Shown piece by piece: positions 40,312 to 50,085 of a stretch of DNA of 64,000 nt. The notes beneath the pieces are model-generated. The model was given only the letters and a program-made list of their open reading frames with translations. It made no database searches and had not been told where the DNA came from. The stretch comes from Gammaproteobacteria bacterium (GTDB taxonomy: Bacteria > Pseudomonadota > Gammaproteobacteria > CBDBNL01 > JAAOII01), in NCBI GenBank assembly GCA_965207705.1, contig OZ242292.1, forward strand, positions 1,413,913 to 1,477,912. Reading direction: 5' to 3'. Numbering within the stretch: the stretch's first letter is position 1; the number at the start of each line of letters is the position of its first letter. Position numbers and translations under genes: made by a program.

Positions 40312-41691
40312 ATGAACACTAACAGCGCTCAAACGACTTCCCGAATATCAGGCGCTTTTAATAAGATAAATCTGCGGGCTTCTATATTTGATACGATTCT
40401 TGCAGCCATGATTGCCTTAGTGCTATTTGCTCCCATAGTTGGCTTGGTTTTAGATGGCTATGAGCTGCGCAATAACCTTAAGGTGGCAATGATATTTGTT
40501 GCTGTGGTTGCCGTCGGCAGGTTTGCCGTATCAATCTTTGTCCAGACACCTTATGGAGCAAATGTTCTGGATAGGTTCCTCAGCGGCAGAAAGGTGCATG
40601 TTACCGTCTCCAAGCAAACAACTTCTATTTGGTGGCAAGCATCTTTGCCCCTTGTAGCCCTCATAGCATTTGCTTTCCCAGTTGTAGCCCATTATTCCCC
40701 TGAGTCGCTGGGAATATTCGGCGGCAAGTATGGCATCACCATAATGATTTTAGCGCTGATTTATGTCCTGTTGGGAATGGGATTAAACATAGTAGTGGGG
40801 CTAGCGGGATTGTTAGATTTGGGCTATGTAGCTTTTTATGCCATAGGCGCCTACTCACTTACCATAGGATACGCGGAATTAGGTCTGGGTTTTTGGAGCA
40901 TCTTATTCATAAGCCCAATAATAGCAGCATGCTGGGGCGCAGTATTGGGTTTCCCTGTATTAAGAATGCATGGCGACTATCTTGCCATAGTCACTCTTGG
41001 CTTCGGAGAAATAATTCGTTTGGTGCTCAATAATTGGATATCTTTTACTGGCGGACCAAACGGCATGACAGCTCCAGATGTCACCTTCTTTAATCTGCTA
41101 TCTTTTAGTCGCACTGGGACGGAATCAATGCCGGCATTCCATGAGTTTTTTGGTTTGGAATATACCTCTTCATATAAATATATGTTTATTTATTGGATGA
41201 TATTAATATGTGTGATATTTGCCCTTTATGTTAATAAGCGTTTGGTGCGTATGCCAGTGGGACGCGCTTGGGAAGCATTGCGCGAGGATGAAATTGCTTG
41301 TCGTTCCTTAGGGCTAAATCATGTTCTGGTTAAGCTTTCCGCTTTTATGATAGGGGCAAGTGTTGGAGGACTTGCGGGCGTATTTTTTGCTTCCTATCAA
41401 AAGTTCGTTAATCCCAGTTCTTTTACCTTTCTTGAGTCGGCTCTTATTGTGGCGATTGTTGTCCTTGGTGGTCTCGGTTCAACCTTAGGGGTAGTAATAG
41501 CTGCCATTGTTTTAACCATCTTGCCCGAACTTCTACGTGAATTTGCAGATTACCGAGTGCTTATGTTTGGCGCTCTTATGATTCTTATGATGATTTGGCG
41601 GCCACGCGGGTTGGTTAAACCAGTGCGCCCTTTTTATAAAGCGCGTGAGCAGCAAGGCAGCTCAGCAAAAAGTCAAGCAATAAGCAAGTAG
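40312..41691 (+). CDS. livM: Amino acid ABC transporter permease LivM
   Basis: GLAGLLDLGYVAF, GDYLAIVTLGFGE, REDEIA, WRPRGL. Confidence 0.96.
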   Translation: MNTNSAQTTSRISGAFNKINLRASIFDTILAAMIALVLFAPIVGLVLDGYELRNNLKVAMIFVAVVAVGRFAVSIFVQTPYGANVLDRFLSGRKVHVTVSKQTTSIWWQASLPLVALIAFAFPVVAHYSPESLGIFGGKYGITIMILALIYVLLGMGLNIVVGLAGLLDLGYVAFYAIGAYSLTIGYAELGLGFWSILFISPIIAACWGAVLGFPVLRMHGDYLAIVTLGFGEIIRLVLNNWISFTGGPNGMTAPDVTFFNLLSFSRTGTESMPAFHEFFGLEYTSSYKYMFIYWMILICVIFALYVNKRLVRMPVGRAWEALREDEIACRSLGLNHVLVKLSAFMIGASVGGLAGVFFASYQKFVNPSSFTFLESALIVAIVVLGGLGSTLGVVIAAIVLTILPELLREFADYRVLMFGALMILMMIWRPRGLVKPVRPFYKAREQQGSSAKSQAISK

Positions 41692-41725
41692 CCAAGAAGA
41701 CAACTCTACAGCCGAATAGTGAATT

Positions 41726-42598
41726 ATGGACTTATCTGATAACACAATACTTGATGTCTCTAACCTTAGTATGAAGTTTGGTGGCATAGTCGCTCTCAAG
41801 AATGTTAATTTTAAGGTTAAGCAACCATCAATCACTGCATTAATAGGTCCTAACGGAGCGGGTAAGACCACAGTGTTTAATTGCTTAACTGGTTTTTACA
41901 AGGCAGCGCCTGGCAGTAAGTTGCGACTTCAAGGCAAAGAGGGTTCTTATGATATAGTCAAAATTTTAGGTGAGAAATTTAAGTTAGGCGATTTCATTAA
42001 TCCTTTAGCTTTCTTGAGTCGGCTTTTTTATAAGATGTTTGGTGGCACGCATCTGGTCAATCGCGCTGGCTTGGCGCGCACTTTCCAAAATACTCGTCTG
42101 TTCAAAGAAATGTCAGCTGCCGAGAATCTACTGGTGGCGCAACACATGAGCATGGAACGTAGTTTACTTAAAGGAATATTCAAGACCCACGGATACATAG
42201 AATCACAAGAGGCATCAATGCTTGTTGCCAATAAATGGTTGAAGTTTTTTAATCTTAGCAAATCAGCTAATCGTATAGCGGGTGAACTGCCTTATGGAGA
42301 ACAAAAACGACTGGAGATGGCGCGGGCAATGTGCACCTCCCCTAATATTTTATGCTTGGATGAGCCAGCAGCTGGTTTGAATCCATCTGAGACAAAGGAA
42401 CTCAGTGAAATGATAATCAAGCTGCGTGATGAGTATAAAGTAACCGTCTTAATTATAGAGCATGATATGCATTTGGTTATGAACATATCCGACCACATAG
42501 TAGTCCTCAATTATGGTGAAGTAATTTTTGCTGGCAAGCCCATAGAAGTAAAAAATAATCCTAAGGTAATAGCTGCCTATTTGGGGCAAGAGAAATAG
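41726..42598 (+). CDS. livG: Amino acid ABC transporter ATP-binding protein LivG
   Basis: GPNGAGKTT, ARTFQN, LPYGEQKRLE, LDEPAAGLN, IEHDM, AYLG. Confidence 0.96.
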   Translation: MDLSDNTILDVSNLSMKFGGIVALKNVNFKVKQPSITALIGPNGAGKTTVFNCLTGFYKAAPGSKLRLQGKEGSYDIVKILGEKFKLGDFINPLAFLSRLFYKMFGGTHLVNRAGLARTFQNTRLFKEMSAAENLLVAQHMSMERSLLKGIFKTHGYIESQEASMLVANKWLKFFNLSKSANRIAGELPYGEQKRLEMARAMCTSPNILCLDEPAAGLNPSETKELSEMIIKLRDEYKVTVLIIEHDMHLVMNISDHIVVLNYGEVIFAGKPIEVKNNPKVIAAYLGQEK

Positions 42599-42611
42599 AA
42601 GGGCAGAAATA

Positions 42612-43361
42612 ATGGCAAGAATCAAGCAAACTACAGCAACTACTGAACCCACAAAATCTATATTAGAAATGTCTGAGGTCAGCACATTTTATGGACCTAT
42701 TCAGGCATTAAATAAGGTTTCAATTAATGTTGACAAGGGAGAAATAGTAACCATAATAGGGGCGAATGGCGCGGGTAAGTCCACTCTACTAATGACTGTA
42801 TTTGCTAATCCTAAAGCCAGAAGAGGAAAGGTTATTTATAAGGGACATAACATTACGGGCTATCGCACCAATAAGATTGCCAAGTTAGGCATTAGCATGG
42901 TGCCAGAAGGGAGACGTATATTTCCAGCAATGACAGTTGAAGAAAACTTACACATGGGGTGCATTCATATTGATAAGAATGAAATCCCTGATATTATGAG
43001 TGGGATATATGATATTTTTCCTTTACTTAAAGAAAGACGTTTGCAACGAGGAGGCACTCTATCGGGAGGAGAGCAACAGATGCTTGCCATAGGGCGGGCA
43101 TTGATGAGTAAGCCACAATTTATACTGCTGGATGAACCGAGTTTAGGGCTTGCGCCAATAATTGTCAATCAAATTTTTGAGCGGCTTAAGGATATCGCAG
43201 CAGGGGGAATAACTATTTTATTGGTGGAGCAAAATGCTAACTTAGCATTACAACTTGCCGACCGCGCTTATGTCTTGGTTAATGGCAACATTTCCATGCA
43301 AGGCAGCGGCAAAGAACTATTAAATAATAAAGAAATTAAGGACGCCTATCTTGGCTCCTAA
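42612..43361 (+). CDS. livF: Amino acid ABC transporter ATP-binding protein LivF
   Basis: GANGAGKST, VPEGRRIF, LSGGEQQM, DEPSLGLAP, VEQNA. Confidence 0.96.
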   Translation: MARIKQTTATTEPTKSILEMSEVSTFYGPIQALNKVSINVDKGEIVTIIGANGAGKSTLLMTVFANPKARRGKVIYKGHNITGYRTNKIAKLGISMVPEGRRIFPAMTVEENLHMGCIHIDKNEIPDIMSGIYDIFPLLKERRLQRGGTLSGGEQQMLAIGRALMSKPQFILLDEPSLGLAPIIVNQIFERLKDIAAGGITILLVEQNANLALQLADRAYVLVNGNISMQGSGKELLNNKEIKDAYLGS

Positions 43362-43389
43362 CTACAAGTAACTTTAATACTTATGGCAC

Positions 43390-44412
43390 CTATAACTTAT
43401 ATATAAGCCAATAGCATGAACAGTAAACTGCTATAAACACACCCCCACTTACAACCAATAAATCCGTATTATTCCATAGCAGCAGAGCTGGAATCATTCC
43501 TCCTAAAGAAAATATCCACAGGATAGGGGATACAGCCGAGTTTTGAAACCTTGCCGTCCAGCCAGGAAACAACCGCTTGATAATCTTCTTATAAACTAAC
43601 ATGTGCAAGTGATAACCATCTGGTTCTGTGGGAGATGACTTCATCACAAACTTTTTGCGGAATATTGAAAATAATGTTTCCCATACTGGGTAGGCAATAA
43701 CCATTAACGGGAACCAAGGAGAAATCTGTGGATTACGATTTACTAACAAAAGAGAAATAACTGCGATGATAAAGCCAATCATATAGGCGCCGCCATCCCC
43801 GATGAATATCTTACCCCACGGATAATTGAAAAGCATCACTCCCAAGATTGCGCCCATAAGTCCGATGCTTATTTTTGCTAATTGGTAATCGCCAACATTC
43901 ATTGCTATGATGCACAGGCAAGTCAACCCTAACAAAGAAACTCCTAAGGAAAGGCCATTATATCCGTCAATGATATTAATGCCATGCATAACCCCGCCTA
44001 TCATAAAAATAGCAATCGGATAAGCAACCCACATATTGACTAAGAGATGTTTATCAATCCAAGAAAAACCACTATTGTAAAAGCCGCTGTCTAATAGCAA
44101 ACATGCGAGTAATGCCGCAATAAACGAAAAACTTAAGCGATAAACAGGAGGAACATCTTTGGCAAGGTCTTCTACAAAACCAGCCAAGAAAGCCAAGAAT
44201 ATCAACGCTAAGAAAATCGGCTGCCCATAAAGAACTGCCACTAATCCTACCAGAATAGCCAATCCTCCGATGCGAGGTATGGCGGAGTCCTGATGAAATT
44301 TTTGCGCTCCACTGGTATCTGTGTCAAGGAAAGATTTGGGCAGACGGATAAATATCAACCCCAGGCAAGATAATGTCGCCGTTGCGAAAGCCGCTAAAAA
44401 GGTTACCGTCAT
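43390..44412 (-). CDS. MraY/WecA-family polyprenyl-phosphate sugar-1-phosphate transferase
   Basis: PRIGG, GFVEDL, NIIDGYNGL, NYPWGKIFIGDGG, HLH. Confidence 0.92.
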   Translation of the reverse strand: MTVTFLAAFATATLSCLGLIFIRLPKSFLDTDTSGAQKFHQDSAIPRIGGLAILVGLVAVLYGQPIFLALIFLAFLAGFVEDLAKDVPPVYRLSFSFIAALLACLLLDSGFYNSGFSWIDKHLLVNMWVAYPIAIFMIGGVMHGINIIDGYNGLSLGVSLLGLTCLCIIAMNVGDYQLAKISIGLMGAILGVMLFNYPWGKIFIGDGGAYMIGFIIAVISLLLVNRNPQISPWFPLMVIAYPVWETLFSIFRKKFVMKSSPTEPDGYHLHMLVYKKIIKRLFPGWTARFQNSAVSPILWIFSLGGMIPALLLWNNTDLLVVSGGVFIAVYCSCYWLIYKL

Positions 44413-44421
44413 AATCTTTAA

Positions 44422-47400
44422 TTAGCTTTTTAATGTAGCTTTAGCTATGTCTAGATCTATTTCAAGTTTTGTCTTTGCGGTAGTAACTTCTCGGACACCG
44501 CGCTTCTTGTCTTCTTTTATTGCATGGTTATACAAAAACGAAGGGGTTAAGAACAAAGTTATTATTGTGGCAAATAACAATCCACCAGCAATGGCAGTTG
44601 ATAGCTGCACCCACCATTGTGAAGACGGCGCGCCTATTGTTATGTCACGTTCTATGAAGTTAAGATTAAGTTGGGTAACCAATGGCATTAGTCCCATAAT
44701 AGTGGTAGCACTGGTGAGCAGGACTGGACGAAAACGTTGCACGCATGTCTGCAGAACCGCATGACGCGCTGTTTCTCCATCCTGCCTAAGTTTGTTGAAC
44801 GTATCTATAAGAATGATATTATTGTTAACCACTATTCCAGCCAGGGCTACAATTCCTATGCCGCTCATCACTACGCTAAATGCCTCTCCTCTTATCAGTA
44901 GCCCGAGGAAGACCCCAGCAGTGGAAAAGAATATGGCGCTTAATACTAATAGCGCCTGCCTAAAACTATTAAATTGAGTAACCAAAATAACCAGCATAAT
45001 AAAAAATGCCACACCAAAAGCGCGCATCAAGAAAGCTCCCGCCTCTTGTTGGTTTTGCTGAGTTCCGCCGAACTTCCAACCCACCACAGGCGGCATATAT
45101 TCACTGGATAGTATGGCTATAATCTCTGGCAATTTTTGATCGGGACGCACCCCTTGTTGCAAGTCAATTTCTATGTTATAAGCAAAACGACCGTTAATTC
45201 GTGTTACTTCATTTTCACGCGGCCTTGCCGTGCGTGTAATAAAATTACTAACTGGTATTTGTTCGCCTTTAGCCGAGACGCGCATTCTTTCCAGCCGGTC
45301 AATATTTCTTTCATTAAAAGGAAAGCGTAATCTTATATCAACTTCCTCTTGAGCTCCTTCTGGCAGATAATCGGATACCTTTATGCCATTGGTTATCATC
45401 TGTACGAAAGAACCAAGAGTTGCAATATTAACATTAAACCTGCTTGCTTTTTCCCTATCCACATCAACTTCCCAAGCGATGCTTGGCAGTGACCTGGTAT
45501 TGCGGATTGCTTTTATATCGCTTACATTGCTTTGGATATACTGGGTAAGCTCATCCACAGTTTTATCTAAAATATCTTTATAGTTGGAGGACAGCTCAAT
45601 TTCAATGTCTGCATTGCTGGGAGGACCTGCTTGTTCACTACGGACTTCCAACAGAACGCCAGGGAAATCACCCGCCATCTGGTCAACCTTTTGCATAATT
45701 TCGGCAGCAGGAGGGCGATTACGCCAATCAGAAAACTCAACTTGTATAGTGCCGATTAAATCCTGAGCTGCTCCACCACCGCCTCTGCCTCCGCCTCCTT
45801 CAACAGAGACAGTGGTATAAACTGTCTTAAACTCCTTAATTGCGAGCATTCTTTCTTCCACCTGCTTAACTATTTGGTCTCTTTCATCAAGCGCTAGGTC
45901 GCCACGCGCTCTTATTCTAACTTGAGAATTATCTGGTTCCACGCTAGGGAAAAACTCTACCCCCTTGCCAAATGAGAAATAAACCACGATAATCGTTATA
46001 AACAAGGCAAATAGAACGGCGACTGTCTTATAGGCATGGTGAATGGCTCTATCAACCACGCGCAGATATAAACCAGGAAGTCCTGTTATGGCGCTATAGT
46101 TCTTTTTCTCGGCAGCTAACAGAATCGCCCGCGTATTAATTGCGTGAACATTGGGTCTGCCAATTAATGAACCCAGTACAGGCAAGGCAATGAGAGCTAC
46201 TACTAAGGCGGAGAGCAAAGTAGTAATTACTGTTATGGGAATATATTTCATAAAATCCCCAGTTACATCGGGCCAAAATAATAAAGGGAAGAACGCTGCC
46301 AGAGTTGTAGCAGTTGAGGCAATTATGGGCCATAACATTCGTTTGGCGGCTGCGGCATAAGCATCAACGCGAGAACTTCCTTGCAGCATTCTCATATCTG
46401 CATATTCGGATACTACTATGGCGCCATCCACCAGCATACCAACACTAAGGATTAAGCCAAACAGCACTACAATATTCAAGGTGTATCCCATCAAGTTGAT
46501 TATGAGAATGGCAGCAAGAAATGAGCAGGGTATAGATAATCCCACCAACAGAGCATTACGAAAACCAACAAAAATTATAGATACTAACATAACCAATATT
46601 GCCGCCGCAATAACATTGTTAAATAAACTATTCAAACTATCGCGAATCCCCACAGAACTATCCGATGAATAATTAAGTTCAATCCCAGGCGGAAACTCTT
46701 TTTTATTTTCTTCAATGTATTTTTTTATATTTTCTATGGTATCAATAGAGTTCTCTCCTATCCGTTTTACTATTTCAATGCTTACAGTTGATTTACCATT
46801 GAAGCGGGAATAAGAGGTTGGGTCCTTATATGTCCTTCTGCCCACAGCTATATCACGATAGGTTATAACCTTATCGTTTACTATCTTAATTGGCAGATTA
46901 AGAATATCATTTTCATCTTCCAGCAAACCTGGCACTTTAACTCCAAACCTTCCTTCGCCTGTATCCAGAGCTCCAGCGGCGACCAAACGATTATTGCTTG
47001 AGACCAGCCCTATGAGTTCGTCAAGGTTTAAGTCGTATTGTTCCAATGAATAGGGATTGACAATTATTTCCGCGAATTCTGCGCGGTCTCCTTTGATATT
47101 GGCTTCAAGTACTCCAGGCAGCCCCTCCAGTCCATCTTTTAATTCTTCAACAAAGCGGTAAAGAACTGCCTCATCCACATTGCCGCTCATGGTAATTACC
47201 AGAATAGGAAACAAGGCAACATTAACTTCTGTTATAAATGGGTCATTTGCATCCGTTGGCAGGTTATTCCTCGCCTTATCCACGCTGGCGCGCACATCTG
47301 GCAGGATTGCATCTATGTCAATAGCAGAATCAAACTCCAAGTTAATAGCAGAATATCCCTCAGCCCCAGTACTGATAATTTTTTCCAGTCCATCAATGCC

Positions 47401-47619
47401 TTCCAGTTCTCGGACTATTGGAGAGGACAAAAGCTTATCCGCATCAAGGGAAGAAATTCCTTCAAGAGCGGTACTAATGTATAAATTGGGTATATTCACA
47501 TCAGGACTTTCTTCTTTGGGTATGGCAGCATAAGCAAGCATGCCGCTGATTACCACTAAGACAAGCAGCATTATTACTGTTCTTTTGTATTCTATAGCCG
47601 CATCTATAAAACGTTCCAT
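44422..47619 (-). CDS. RND efflux transporter permease (AcrB/AcrD/AcrF family)
   Basis: 1065 aa; GMLVDGAIVV, GIVVNNNI, RFRPVLLTSATTIMGL. Confidence 0.96.
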   Translation of the reverse strand: MERFIDAAIEYKRTVIMLLVLVVISGMLAYAAIPKEESPDVNIPNLYISTALEGISSLDADKLLSSPIVRELEGIDGLEKIISTGAEGYSAINLEFDSAIDIDAILPDVRASVDKARNNLPTDANDPFITEVNVALFPILVITMSGNVDEAVLYRFVEELKDGLEGLPGVLEANIKGDRAEFAEIIVNPYSLEQYDLNLDELIGLVSSNNRLVAAGALDTGEGRFGVKVPGLLEDENDILNLPIKIVNDKVITYRDIAVGRRTYKDPTSYSRFNGKSTVSIEIVKRIGENSIDTIENIKKYIEENKKEFPPGIELNYSSDSSVGIRDSLNSLFNNVIAAAILVMLVSIIFVGFRNALLVGLSIPCSFLAAILIINLMGYTLNIVVLFGLILSVGMLVDGAIVVSEYADMRMLQGSSRVDAYAAAAKRMLWPIIASTATTLAAFFPLLFWPDVTGDFMKYIPITVITTLLSALVVALIALPVLGSLIGRPNVHAINTRAILLAAEKKNYSAITGLPGLYLRVVDRAIHHAYKTVAVLFALFITIIVVYFSFGKGVEFFPSVEPDNSQVRIRARGDLALDERDQIVKQVEERMLAIKEFKTVYTTVSVEGGGGRGGGGAAQDLIGTIQVEFSDWRNRPPAAEIMQKVDQMAGDFPGVLLEVRSEQAGPPSNADIEIELSSNYKDILDKTVDELTQYIQSNVSDIKAIRNTRSLPSIAWEVDVDREKASRFNVNIATLGSFVQMITNGIKVSDYLPEGAQEEVDIRLRFPFNERNIDRLERMRVSAKGEQIPVSNFITRTARPRENEVTRINGRFAYNIEIDLQQGVRPDQKLPEIIAILSSEYMPPVVGWKFGGTQQNQQEAGAFLMRAFGVAFFIMLVILVTQFNSFRQALLVLSAIFFSTAGVFLGLLIRGEAFSVVMSGIGIVALAGIVVNNNIILIDTFNKLRQDGETARHAVLQTCVQRFRPVLLTSATTIMGLMPLVTQLNLNFIERDITIGAPSSQWWVQLSTAIAGGLLFATIITLFLTPSFLYNHAIKEDKKRGVREVTTAKTKLEIDLDIAKATLKS

Positions 47620-47622
47620 ATT

Positions 47623-48831
47623 CTAACTTTCTCCCTTTACTTCTATTGCAACTTGCTCGCCTTCATCAACAAATCCATAACCGCGTATTATTATTTTAAC
47701 TCCGTCAGGCAGACCTCCAACCCACATTTCGTTAGTTTCCGCTTTAACTATTTCAATGGGCATAAACTCAACTATGTTGTTTGATGCAATAACTTTAACT
47801 CCGAGTTTACCCTCTGCATTAATATTGATGATGGAAGGGGGGATGTTAACCGCATTAATGGTTCCCGCAAAAAACTCAAGTTCGGCGGTTACTCCAGCGC
47901 GTAATGATTTATCTGCGTTGGGAATTTCTACTTGAACCTCAAAGGTACGAGAAAGATCGTCTGATACCTTTGCTACATAACTAACAGTTCCTTCAACTTC
48001 TTCTCCTGTTGCCAGATTAACTATGGCTTTGGAGCCGGGTTGAATGAAATTTATTTCTAATTCTGACAGGTCACCCATAATTAGCATAGGGTCATAATCA
48101 AATATATCAGCCAGCAATTTACCTGGTTGAACGAAATCTCCGTGTTCTACATAGATTTTTTCTACAATTCCAGCAAAAGGGGATTTAACTTCAGTTGAAT
48201 CAAATTGTTTCTTTGCCAATGCAGCGCCAGCTTTAGCTGCTTGATAATTAGCTAATGCTTGCGCGGCGCTTGTTTGCGAGGTTAGTTTCTGCTTTAACAA
48301 CCTTTGTTGGCTCTGATATTCCAAGCGAGCTTGGTTTTCTTGTGACTCTGCTTGCCGCAAGCGCGCTAACACTTCATCTTGTTCCAGTTTTAGGATGCTG
48401 ATGTCTGCTGCCACATCATCTCCTGCTTTAACGATTATGGTCTCAACTTGGGCGCTAAGTTCGGCTTTAATTGCCACCATTCGCTCTTCCTTGGATTTAC
48501 CACTCAGACGGATTATCCGTTCGGTAGGAGAGTTGAAAAACTCCTTAACCAGCACTGTCTTAATGTTGCTATTAGTCCGCCCTGAAACATCCAGTTCCTG
48601 CGGCTTCTCTTTACCAATAATACCGCTTAGCATCCAGACCAGCAAAAATAGAGATATTCCCAGAACAATTTTATAGTTAGAATTTATATCCTTAATCTTT
48701 TGCGGAACCAATTTTGCTAATATTTTCCATACCCCGCCAAATAAAGATTTAACCCCTTTCCCAGTAGCTGATATAATTTTGTTAATGGGACTAAATATTG
48801 CTTTAATTCCTATATTAATTTTAAATTTCAT
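47623..48831 (-). CDS. RND efflux membrane fusion (periplasmic adaptor) protein
   Basis: TM anchor, lipoyl and hairpin pattern (VKSPFAGIVE, GDFVQPG), SRTFEV; upstream of the RND permease. Confidence 0.93.
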   Translation of the reverse strand: MKFKINIGIKAIFSPINKIISATGKGVKSLFGGVWKILAKLVPQKIKDINSNYKIVLGISLFLLVWMLSGIIGKEKPQELDVSGRTNSNIKTVLVKEFFNSPTERIIRLSGKSKEERMVAIKAELSAQVETIIVKAGDDVAADISILKLEQDEVLARLRQAESQENQARLEYQSQQRLLKQKLTSQTSAAQALANYQAAKAGAALAKKQFDSTEVKSPFAGIVEKIYVEHGDFVQPGKLLADIFDYDPMLIMGDLSELEINFIQPGSKAIVNLATGEEVEGTVSYVAKVSDDLSRTFEVQVEIPNADKSLRAGVTAELEFFAGTINAVNIPPSIININAEGKLGVKVIASNNIVEFMPIEIVKAETNEMWVGGLPDGVKIIIRGYGFVDEGEQVAIEVKGES

Positions 48832-48914
48832 AATCCATTATAGAGAATTTACAATAATAAGTCAATATTGAGGTTGCTATTCAATAATCTCAATAGACAA
48901 TACTTGCAAATGTC

Positions 48915-50021
48915 TTATTCAACTAAGCTAAGCGATTCTGGTGAGTGGTTGGAATTGCTGGAACTGGGCTTACTCAAGAAAATATTTTGCATATCTACTA
49001 AATTACTATTCAACAGCGCAATACCCATATATTTATTATCATCCTCAAGGCAGTAATTTATTAACTTGCCACTTTCGTTTATCTTGTCGCCAACTATGGA
49101 ATAAAGCGGCATATTAATCTTTGTCGCTACAGATTCCCCCTTATTTTCAAAGGAAACCTTATAACACCTGCGCGCTGATTTTCCTTTGTAATGGACTCGC
49201 GCCACCACCTCCTGTCCTAAATAACAACCTTTGGTAAAACTTACTCCGTCCAATTTGTCATAATTAATCATTTGTGGCGTCATTTGTCCTGATGTTGCAG
49301 AGGTTATAAAGGGGATGCCATGCTTAATTAAATAAGCATCCCAACTGGTAGCATTACTCCCATCTTTCCCATCCCGCTCATTTGGTGGATTTGCTGGTCT
49401 TGATGAACTTGATGCTTTGTCAAACACATTAATAAAAACATTCCCATCCCCTTGTGATAAAACTTTCCTCGCCTCTTTGCTATCACTATGGCTATGATTA
49501 TGACTACGATGCGCTCCCCGACTTTCCCCCACAGTGTCATCTGTTGCGTCATCTGCTGTATCATCTGCTGTATCATCTGCTGTATCATTTGCGGAGTCAT
49601 TTGTTGCATCATTATCCTCTTGCAATATAAATAACTCAAAGTCGCTATCAAGAATATCTATCTTCGCTTGGCGATAGAGCATCATGTACTTACTCCATAG
49701 AGTGAGCAAAGAATCAATTACATCTCTTGGCAATATTATCAGCACCCGTTCATTATTTTCTCCTTGAGAATCCCCCTGAGAATTATTGGCAGCTAAATTG
49801 CCTTCATCCGCAATTAAGAACATGCTCGCCACCACTCGCCCCTTAATGTCACAGGAGGCGCCAAGTAGTGGATTATCCTTAGTTAGTTGCATTAGGTCGC
49901 AAGTAAGATGCCCTTGCAGAAATCTTATGCCATCCTTGCCGCTTACGGCAATCAGCCGCCAATCCTCCGCACTTAGAATATATTTTTGAATATACTTTTG
50001 AATATATTTTTGACTTGCCAT
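48915..50021 (-). CDS. ygfZ: Folate-binding Fe-S cluster repair protein YgfZ
   Basis: GKDGIRFLQGHLTCD, KGRV, signature SFTKGCYLGQEVVAR. Confidence 0.92.
   Translation of the reverse strand: MASQKYIQKYIQKYILSAEDWRLIAVSGKDGIRFLQGHLTCDLMQLTKDNPLLGASCDIKGRVVASMFLIADEGNLAANNSQGDSQGENNERVLIILPRDVIDSLLTLWSKYMMLYRQAKIDILDSDFELFILQEDNDATNDSANDTADDTADDTADDATDDTVGESRGAHRSHNHSHSDSKEARKVLSQGDGNVFINVFDKASSSSRPANPPNERDGKDGSNATSWDAYLIKHGIPFITSATSGQMTPQMINYDKLDGVSFTKGCYLGQEVVARVHYKGKSARRCYKVSFENKGESVATKINMPLYSIVGDKINESGKLINYCLEDDNKYMGIALLNSNLVDMQNIFLSKPSSSNSNHSPESLSLVE
49536..49613. repeat. 12-bp tandem repeat (about 6 units, DTAD-type) inside ygfZ
   Basis: atcatctgctgt units read directly; translates to DATNDSANDTADDTADDTADDATDD. 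Confidence 0.9.
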
Positions 50022-50085
50022 AACATTATCATTGTAAAGAAGAACAACAGTAAACCAGCAAAAAACCTGCTAAAATAACGAGGTT

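Noticed and set aside
41920-42060. Insertion of about 35 aa in LivG
   Set aside because: I recall the same FYKMFGGTHLVNRAG-type insert in a known Pseudomonas-type LivG subfamily, so it is unlikely to be specific to this genome.
49328-49651. 107-aa ORF with QQMI repeats
   Set aside because: It is an alternative-frame reading of the 12-bp repeat inside ygfZ.
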